From: Promethearchaeota archaeon
Lineage (GTDB): Archaea > Asgardarchaeota > Lokiarchaeia > Sigyniarchaeales > SOKP01
Assembly: GCA_029838195.1 (NCBI GenBank)
Contig: JALGVJ010000065.1
Location: 1 to 11,612, forward strand
Direction of reading: 5' to 3'
DNA length: 11,612 bases
Of the stretch, positions 1 to 6,968 are shown piece by piece (position 1 is the stretch's first letter; every line of letters starts with the position of its first letter). A program made the position numbers and the translations under genes. The notes beneath the pieces were generated by a model, which did no database searches, had not been told where the DNA came from, and worked only from the letters and a program-made list of their open reading frames with translations.

Positions 1-494
1 ACGTGATTTTCCGAGGGGGCGACGAAATCAGATGTGTTATAATTGAGGGTTTTGTCGGAATGAGATTTAAAAAACTTAAAAAACAAGCTATATTATAAAC
101 TTAAAAATACCCTCTCTTATAATCTTTACTAAAATAAAAAATGCTAATCTTCCAAGATATAATTTAATATAAAAAGTAGAAGGAAAAAGTAGAAACATTT
201 TTCATGCAGAAAGTTAGAAAAATCTAAATACCAAAACGTAAACGATTAAAAACTCTCAATATTTTAGTTTTATTATTTTATTAACCCGTGTATTAAGTAA
301 AAAAATTAAAAATTTCCCCCACATTAAAAAACTCCTAAAAGATGTCTTTCTCTAAATCCTAATAAACCTTTAATCATCATCTTTTTAAGAAGAATCCTTT
401 ATTTTTACCCTTTTTAAAAGTATTTAATAATAATTAACTTTAATTGAAAATTTTATTATAATTGAAAATATTAAGCTTTACTTTCTTTCATGAA

Positions 495-502
495 TTATAA
501 AA
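495..502 (+). promoter_or_regulatory. Candidate TATA box for the + strand hdrD-like gene
   Basis: TTATAAAA about 40 nt upstream of ATG 540; weak because the region is very AT-rich. Confidence 0.25.
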
Positions 503-539
503 TAAATATATCATTACGGAATATCAAGAGTAATTAAAA

Positions 540-1772
540 ATGACGGAAGCACGGAATAACAATAAAAAGGAAGAACCTTTACTCGTAGATAAGGAAAAAA
601 TTCTAAAAAAAATTGCTACAGCCGTAAATTATTGTTATAATTGCAATAGGTGCGTGATTGCTTGCCCATTATCGCAATTAGACACATTTTATCCACGCGA
701 TTTAATAAATGACTTAAATTTCTTATCTTTAGAAGATGCTTTAGAGAAAAATAACATATGGCAATGCTTGACGTGTGGTTATTGCATGGTATATTGCCCA
801 ATGACCAAAGATGGAGAAGGAGTAAACATTCCCGAATTAATTTTAGAGTTACGAGAGATTTCCAAGAACCAGGTGAAACAGGTAGAAAGAATCTTGCAAT
901 GCGAGACTCATGATGGCATGTTCCCCTTAATTTCTCAAATCATGGCAAATAATCCCCAACCACCTGATAAATTAGAGTTCATTGAAGAAAATAACCTTCA
1001 GGTAAAACAATTTGGTGAATTAGCATATTTTGTAGGGTGTCTGCCCTTGATGAAGGACGTGTTATATAGATCTGAAATCGATTACATTGGCACCAGCAAG
1101 ACTATCATTAGCTTATTAAATGAAAATGGTGTGGAACCCGTCGTGTTAAATGAAAAGTGCTGTGGCCACGATATTTTATGGGGAAAGGGTGATATAGAAA
1201 ATTTCAAGAAATTGGCAGAATATAACGTGAAATTATATAAGGATGCTGGCGTAAAGACGATCATTGTCAGCTGTGCTGAGGGCTATAGAACGTGGAAATA
1301 TGACTACCCAAGATACGTGGATGGCTGTGATTTTGAAATCCTTTATTTTGCCGAATATTTCTTGAAAGAGAATATCCTTGAAAACGTGCGATTTCCTCAA
1401 GATCAAACCATTAAGGTTACTTATCATGATGCTTGTCGTCTTGGACGTTTAGGGGGAAAAGTATATGATGCACCTCGAGAACTTATAAAACAACTACCCA
1501 ATGTAGAATTAATCGAGATGAAAAATAATCGCGATGAGGCCAATTGCTGCGGGGTTACAGCATTTACGGGGTGTAATGAATGCACGCGAGTGTTGCGTCA
1601 AGATCGAATACATCAAGCGATTGAAACGGGAGCAAGTTACTTACTCGTGCCTTGTCCTAAATGTTTAACTCATTTTAATTGTTTTTTAACAGAACCCGGC
1701 AACCCTAAAAAGAAAAAAATAGAAGTAATGGATTTAGCAAATTTTATCGGCAAGCTTCTTTTAATTTCTTAA
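540..1772 (+). CDS. hdrD: HdrD-like (HdrC+HdrB-type fusion) Fe-S oxidoreductase: 2x[4Fe-4S] plus two cysteine-rich CCG domains
   Basis: 410-aa ORF. N-terminal CYNCNRCVIACP and CLTCGYCMVYCP ferredoxin motifs; CCG domain 1 (YFVGC..KCCGH..SCAEG) and CCG domain 2 (YHDAC..NCCG..PCPKC). Family is clear; exact orthology to methanogen HdrD is not established. Confidence 0.85.
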   Translation: MTEARNNNKKEEPLLVDKEKILKKIATAVNYCYNCNRCVIACPLSQLDTFYPRDLINDLNFLSLEDALEKNNIWQCLTCGYCMVYCPMTKDGEGVNIPELILELREISKNQVKQVERILQCETHDGMFPLISQIMANNPQPPDKLEFIEENNLQVKQFGELAYFVGCLPLMKDVLYRSEIDYIGTSKTIISLLNENGVEPVVLNEKCCGHDILWGKGDIENFKKLAEYNVKLYKDAGVKTIIVSCAEGYRTWKYDYPRYVDGCDFEILYFAEYFLKENILENVRFPQDQTIKVTYHDACRLGRLGGKVYDAPRELIKQLPNVELIEMKNNRDEANCCGVTAFTGCNECTRVLRQDRIHQAIETGASYLLVPCPKCLTHFNCFLTEPGNPKKKKIEVMDLANFIGKLLLIS

Positions 1773-1809
1773 AGAAGCAAATAAAGGAGAAAAATCGAGC
1801 AATTTATAT
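1773..1809 (-). terminator. Putative archaeal oligo-U/pyrimidine-rich terminator region of the minus-strand operon
   Basis: 37-bp gap between convergent genes; minus strand reads ...GATTTTTCTCCTTTATTTGCTTCT with no hairpin. Confidence 0.3.
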
Positions 1810-2940
1810 TTAATCAGTTCTGTTCCTTTTCTTTTTCGATTTAAGAGAGACCATCCTATTAAAATTCTTCAATTTTTTTTCCCGCCATTCTCCGAGCTCT
1901 TCTAAGGAAATGGGATATTCTTCAATATACCGCTTTTTTAGCATGGCATCTATTAGTTCTTTCCCTTTTTGCGTGCGAATGATGATCATGGAATATCCTT
2001 TCGGCGCACCTGAAGAACCCACGCTTATATCTGAATATTTGCCAGTAAAATCCACGCATTCAAGACAATGACTTCTCACGGCGGAATCCAATTTTTTTAT
2101 CTCTATTTCATGTTCCTCGCCCGTCTTGGATTGAATGAAAAAATTATTCTTGATGTAGGTCTTTTTCATTTGGGAGGGAGTTAAATGCGTTTCTCGGGTT
2201 AAAATATCATATAATTGCTCATGGTTAAAGTTTTCAAAACAAAATAAACTAATTCCATACTTGATGAGATGAGCTGGCGTGATGTTTAAAAAATGCATTT
2301 TTCTTAGGGCTCTTAGTTGACATGGCGTCCCTACGAAGGCCAAGCGCATGGCATCTATATTATAGATTCCCTTTTCTCTCAATATATCGGCTGAGATGTT
2401 TTTAATATCCTTGAGGGGAAGCATTTGCGGAGATATGGAATATCGTGTTCCTGCCGAATTAATGATCTCCTTCTCATCAAATATTATTTTTGGAATGGGA
2501 ATTAAGTTCTCATCATATTCTGAAACAATGGCTCCATCTATCTCACGCTCCTCAAATAAATACCTCAATATGGTTGAAACTACCCCTCCATCTTGTCCAT
2601 GTTTCTCGATAATAGAATCCATAGTTTTCGCAGCCAAAAAATCGATAATATGGCCCAAATTATCCCCAGCATCATATCTTTCCTCAACCTGAGATAAGAT
2701 GGGCTCAGTTTGGGGGCAGGAATAATAACAAACCCCACATTCCGTGCAATTCTCTTCATTTTTCTGAGATTTGAATTGAGGACGATTTTCTTTCATGGTA
2801 ATGACGTCAAAAGCTTGGACTTCGCAATATGAAACGCACGCACCACATGCCACGCATCTATCTCGATTAACTACCTCCTCCTCTAAATCTTTAAACGTTT
2901 TAACCTTTACTTCTTGTATTTTTTTTTTTGATTCCGTCAT
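1810..2940 (-). CDS. frhB: Coenzyme F420 hydrogenase/dehydrogenase beta-subunit family protein (FrhB/FdhB/FpoF) with N-terminal 2x[4Fe-4S] domain
   Basis: 376-aa ORF. CVACGACVSYC and CTECGVCYYSCP at the N-terminus, then FrhB motifs GQDGGVVSTIL, AGTRYSISP, FVGTPCQ, SLFCFENF, CLECVDFTGKYSDISVGSSG. SD-like GAGCGTG upstream. Confidence 0.9.
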   Translation of the reverse strand: MTESKKKIQEVKVKTFKDLEEEVVNRDRCVACGACVSYCEVQAFDVITMKENRPQFKSQKNEENCTECGVCYYSCPQTEPILSQVEERYDAGDNLGHIIDFLAAKTMDSIIEKHGQDGGVVSTILRYLFEEREIDGAIVSEYDENLIPIPKIIFDEKEIINSAGTRYSISPQMLPLKDIKNISADILREKGIYNIDAMRLAFVGTPCQLRALRKMHFLNITPAHLIKYGISLFCFENFNHEQLYDILTRETHLTPSQMKKTYIKNNFFIQSKTGEEHEIEIKKLDSAVRSHCLECVDFTGKYSDISVGSSGAPKGYSMIIIRTQKGKELIDAMLKKRYIEEYPISLEELGEWREKKLKNFNRMVSLKSKKKRNRTD

Positions 2941-2963
2941 TAAAGCAACACGCTCTTTTCAAG

Positions 2964-3428
2964 TTAACATTCTCTTATTTCAAGTTTCAATAATTTTTTT
3001 GGAAGGGGCGAAGGCCCTAATTTCTTAATTCGCTCTGTAAATTCTCTCACTAGTTCCGCAAATTGTTTTCCTTCACTAGCAGAAATCCATTGTAATCTAA
3101 ATCTATCGGGATGCAGCCCGATCTTTTTTATCAAGTCTTTCACGTGTTCCATCCGTTTTCGGGTGTATTCATTTCCCGAGATGTAATGACAATCACCAAT
3201 ATGACAGCCCGTCACCAAGATCCCATCGATACCACTCTTGAAAGCCTTTAAAATAAACGCAGGCTCTACTCTTCCCGAGCACATGACCCGTATGATTCTT
3301 ATATTGGGAGGATATTGAAATCGTGAGACGCCTGCCAGATCAGCTCCGGCATAAGAGCACCAATTACAACAGAAAGCGAGTATTTTTGGTTCTTTATCAT
3401 TTAACTCTTGACTATTTAATTCGGACAT
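2964..3428 (-). CDS. mvhD: MvhD [2Fe-2S] subunit (methyl-viologen-reducing hydrogenase delta family), canonical copy
   Basis: 154 aa with FCCNWCSYAGADLAG, RVMCSGRV, GCHIGDCHY, WISASEG and LGPSP motifs; directly downstream of hdrA. Confidence 0.96.
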   Translation of the reverse strand: MSELNSQELNDKEPKILAFCCNWCSYAGADLAGVSRFQYPPNIRIIRVMCSGRVEPAFILKAFKSGIDGILVTGCHIGDCHYISGNEYTRKRMEHVKDLIKKIGLHPDRFRLQWISASEGKQFAELVREFTERIKKLGPSPLPKKLLKLEIREC

Positions 3429-3449
3429 GAGTAATGCCTCTTTGATGGT

Positions 3450-6400
3450 TTAAAAATCTATTAAAGTTTCTATCATTTTACTAATTTGGAGGCGAGTAAA
3501 ATTGTTTTGATCAATTGCATTAACTGGGCACTCAGGAACGCAAGCTCCACATCCTTTACAGATTCCTACGTTTATTCGAGCTTTTAAAACCTTAATTTTA
3601 TGGAGTCCCATATTTTTATCAATTTCCATTAAGCTCATAGCGCCATAGGGACAAACTTCGACGCAAATTCCGCATCCGATGCATTTTTCTTCATTAATCG
3701 AGGCTGTAATTCCCTCCACTATCGCCTTACCATTCATTAATAATTTCAAGGCTCTTGAAGCAGCACCTAAAGCTTGACTCATGGATTCTTGAACATTTTT
3801 AGGCCCTTGAGCCGTGCCACATAAAAATACACCATCGGTGGCGAAATCAACGGGTCTTAGCTTCGTGTGAGCTTCTAAAAAGAATCCATTGCTATCTAAG
3901 GGAACTTTTAGCATTTCAGATAATTTTTTGTTTTCTTCAGAGGTTACAAGGGGTGTAGCTAAAATTATTTTATCAAATGTTAGCTTTAATAAGTCATTCG
4001 TGAAAGAATCTTGAACTTCTAAGATTAGACCATTCTGGTCTTCCCTCACCACGGGGGGATGACTTGCATCGTATTGTACGAAATTAACTCCTTTTTCCCG
4101 TGCTAATCTATATTCGAGTTCTTCCGTGTAGGAAACTCGCACGTCCCTATAAAAAATATATATATTTGAATTGGGGAATTTTTCTTTTACTTTTAATGCA
4201 TTTTTAATAGAAGTTCCACAGCAAGTTGCAGAACAATACGTCCGTCCTTGAGGTTCCCGAGAGCCCACGCATTGGATGAAAGCCAACGCTTCTCCATTTT
4301 TTACTTGCCCTGATTCAAGTAAGGCTTCAAATTCCAGATTAGTAAAGACATTTGGATTCTTTTTATAGAGATAATATCCTTCGGGTTTAAATTCATGTCC
4401 TCCCACTGCTACAACGACCGTTCCCACATCAATTAAAGTTTCCTTATCATCGTGCTGAATAGTAGCATGAAAATTTCCTAAAGATCCTTCCACGTTTTTT
4501 ATTACTGAAGAAGTAAACACTTCAATGTGAGGATCTGCTTGAATTTTTTCCGTCATTTTCTCTATTATCGTGGCAGTGGAAAGACCATCATAAGATAGTT
4601 CCTTGAAATTTCTAATAAGGCCTCCCAATTGAGGCTCTTTTTCGACTAAATATACTTTAAAACCCTTTTTTGCGATAGCCAGAGCGGCCGTCATGCCGGA
4701 GATTCCTCCACCAATCACCAACGTAGAAGGTAATATTTCAACTTCGATATCTTGAAGTGGTACTACGAAACGAGATTTTGCTACCGACATCGCTACTTGC
4801 TCCTTCGCTTTTTTAGTGGCTTTATCCGGAACTGCCATGTGAACCCAACTGACTAATTCTCTAATACTCGCAAATTCGACTAAATAAGGATTCAAACCCG
4901 CTTCTCGGCAAGTTGCCCTGAAAAGCGGTAGATGCGTGCGGGGAGTACACGCAGCTATGATAACTCTATTTAAATCGTGTTCATCAATAGCTGATTTAAT
5001 GCTATTTTGTGATTCTTCCGAACACGTGTATAAATTACGTTCCACGTATGCTACATTGGGCAATTTTTCCATCTCTTTAGCTACTTCTTCCACATCCACG
5101 ACACCCGCAATGTTTGAACCGCAATGACATATAAAAACTCCTATTCTGGGAGGATCATCTGGAGATATTACTTTTTCGGGAATTTCAATTTTTATTTCTT
5201 CAGTTTTTACGACGGACGTCCGACTGGCTGCTTTAGCCGCTGCGGCACTAGCTTCCGCAACGGACGTGGAAATGTCTTCGGGACCGTGCGCACATCCACA
5301 GACATATATTCCTGGAACATTCGTTTCGATATTGTTATCGGGTAGTGTTTTAATGAAACCAAATTCATCTTGCTCAATTCCCAAGATTTGGCATAATTCT
5401 TTCATGCCCTTGCTAGGAACTACAGCGGGATATAAAACCACCATGTCCACTTTTTGAAATTGGACTTGTCCCGTTTTAATATCGACGTTTCTAATGATGA
5501 GATCTTTTGTTTCGGGATGCTCATAAATTTTATTCGGCAGTCCCTTAATATATTTTACATTATAATCCTTTTTAGCTTTCTCAATAAATTCTTCATGATA
5601 TTTACCGGGTGCTCGAATGTCATTATAATAGATTAGAATTTCCGTATCGGAGGCATGTTCTTTTGTGATGATGGCTTCCTTAGCGGAATACATGCAGCAA
5701 AATTTGGAACAATAGGGTTTTGAACAAACATCCCTCGAACCCACGCATAAAATACACGCGATTTCATGAGGATGCTTCCTATCATGAGGGCGTACGATTT
5801 CTCCTCCTGTAGGCCCCGAAGCACTCATGATCCGCTCAAATTCTAGCGATGTCAGGACATTAGAATATTTCCCATACCCATAATTTTTCAAAGACGATAT
5901 GTCCATTAAATCAAAACCCGTTGCTACAATTATAGAAGCAACAACAACGGTAACCTCTTCCGATTTCATGGAGAAATCTATTGCTTCTGCCTTGCAATTC
6001 TTAGAACATAGCCCGCAAATCCCATAATTCAAGTGCAAGCATTTTTCCTCATTAATCAGATATGTTGACGGAACCGCTTGGAGAAAAGGAATGTGAGCGG
6101 CGTGCGTTTCCTTTAATCCCACTTCATATTCATTTGAAATGCCCCGAACTGGACAGATTTCTGCACAATTCCCACAACCGGTGCATTTCTTGGCATCAAT
6201 ATAGCGAGCTTTTTTCTTAATAGTAACTTGAAACAACTCCCCCTTGTTTTGGGGGCTCATGGCCACTACTTCTGAATAAGTCAATAATTCTATCCTGGGA
6301 TGTCGGGCGGCTTCGACCATTTTTGGAGCTAAGATGCAAATAGAGCAGTCTAAAGTTGGAAATGTCTTATCTAATTGAGCCATTTTCCCTCCAATTGAAG

Positions 6401-6521
6401 GAAACCGCTCAACCAAATAGACGTGATGACCTTGATCAGCTAAGTCTAATGCGGCAGAAATTCCCGCCACACCTCCTCCTATGACTAAAACTTGACTCCG
6501 TGGATCTAGATTTTCTGGCAT
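3450..6521 (-). CDS. hdrA: Large heterodisulfide reductase subunit A family flavoprotein (two tandem HdrA flavin modules)
   Basis: 1023 aa. GGGVAG Rossmann motif, GGKMAQLDKTFPTLDCSIC, inserted ferredoxin, CVGSRD..YCSKFCCMYSAK; internal RIGVFICHCG..CSEE..AACTP domain; second GGGISG Rossmann with CVGSRE..YCSATCC; LRPVDFATDGVFLCG; C-terminal 2x[4Fe-4S]. Confidence 0.95.
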   Translation of the reverse strand: MPENLDPRSQVLVIGGGVAGISAALDLADQGHHVYLVERFPSIGGKMAQLDKTFPTLDCSICILAPKMVEAARHPRIELLTYSEVVAMSPQNKGELFQVTIKKKARYIDAKKCTGCGNCAEICPVRGISNEYEVGLKETHAAHIPFLQAVPSTYLINEEKCLHLNYGICGLCSKNCKAEAIDFSMKSEEVTVVVASIIVATGFDLMDISSLKNYGYGKYSNVLTSLEFERIMSASGPTGGEIVRPHDRKHPHEIACILCVGSRDVCSKPYCSKFCCMYSAKEAIITKEHASDTEILIYYNDIRAPGKYHEEFIEKAKKDYNVKYIKGLPNKIYEHPETKDLIIRNVDIKTGQVQFQKVDMVVLYPAVVPSKGMKELCQILGIEQDEFGFIKTLPDNNIETNVPGIYVCGCAHGPEDISTSVAEASAAAAKAASRTSVVKTEEIKIEIPEKVISPDDPPRIGVFICHCGSNIAGVVDVEEVAKEMEKLPNVAYVERNLYTCSEESQNSIKSAIDEHDLNRVIIAACTPRTHLPLFRATCREAGLNPYLVEFASIRELVSWVHMAVPDKATKKAKEQVAMSVAKSRFVVPLQDIEVEILPSTLVIGGGISGMTAALAIAKKGFKVYLVEKEPQLGGLIRNFKELSYDGLSTATIIEKMTEKIQADPHIEVFTSSVIKNVEGSLGNFHATIQHDDKETLIDVGTVVVAVGGHEFKPEGYYLYKKNPNVFTNLEFEALLESGQVKNGEALAFIQCVGSREPQGRTYCSATCCGTSIKNALKVKEKFPNSNIYIFYRDVRVSYTEELEYRLAREKGVNFVQYDASHPPVVREDQNGLILEVQDSFTNDLLKLTFDKIILATPLVTSEENKKLSEMLKVPLDSNGFFLEAHTKLRPVDFATDGVFLCGTAQGPKNVQESMSQALGAASRALKLLMNGKAIVEGITASINEEKCIGCGICVEVCPYGAMSLMEIDKNMGLHKIKVLKARINVGICKGCGACVPECPVNAIDQNNFTRLQISKMIETLIDF

Positions 6522-6527
6522 TTTAAT

Positions 6528-6959
6528 TCACGTTTTTCCTCCTGGGTTTATAGGACCTAAAGAGATCAATTGATTAATAAAACTTGTTAAAATAGTGGAA
6601 AATTTACCCCGTTCAGATGGAGAAAAATATTCTAATTTTAAACGTTCTTTTTCAATTCTTAATATATCAAGAATTTTTTGGATTTTAATCACTCGTTCTT
6701 TCGCGCGCTCATTTCCTTTGATATAATGGCAAGTTCCCTCCTCGCAAGCGCAAATTAAGACACCATCGTTTCCTTGATTAAATCCTTCAAGAATGCGTGC
6801 TGGTTCCACGCTTCCTGAACACGCGATTTTTTTCACCTGGATTAAGGGGGTGCAGCTAAATTTGTCAAGAATCAAAATATCATTATCTGCCACCCCGCTC
6901 CAATTACATAAGAAAATTAACACGTTTGGATTAAATTGATTTGAATTCTTTTTAGACAT
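6528..6959 (-). CDS. mvhD: Divergent MvhD-family [2Fe-2S] protein (second copy)
   Basis: 143 aa with FLCNW, IACSGSVEP, GVLICACEEGTCHYIKGN, ERLKLEYFSPSE and LGP, alignable by eye to the canonical copy at 2964-3428; the CSYAGAD segment is replaced. Confidence 0.88.
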   Translation of the reverse strand: MSKKNSNQFNPNVLIFLCNWSGVADNDILILDKFSCTPLIQVKKIACSGSVEPARILEGFNQGNDGVLICACEEGTCHYIKGNERAKERVIKIQKILDILRIEKERLKLEYFSPSERGKFSTILTSFINQLISLGPINPGGKT

Positions 6960-6968
6960 GAATCTTAC

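Noticed and set aside
1-98. Possible gene end or start, or TGATTT..AAATCA hairpin, at the left edge
   Set aside because: Several short frames are open on both strands, none is recognisable, and the stem is only 6 bp; it cannot be resolved at the window edge.
6336-6350. Selenocysteine in HdrA or MvhD
   Set aside because: The DCSIC cysteines are TGC codons and both MvhD ORFs and HdrA are uninterrupted, so there is no internal UGA at catalytic positions.
1810-6959. Calling the locus a hydrogenase or evidence of methanogenesis
   Set aside because: No NiFe large or small subunit and no mcr/mtr genes in the window; Hdr, MvhD and FrhB families are widespread in non-methanogens.
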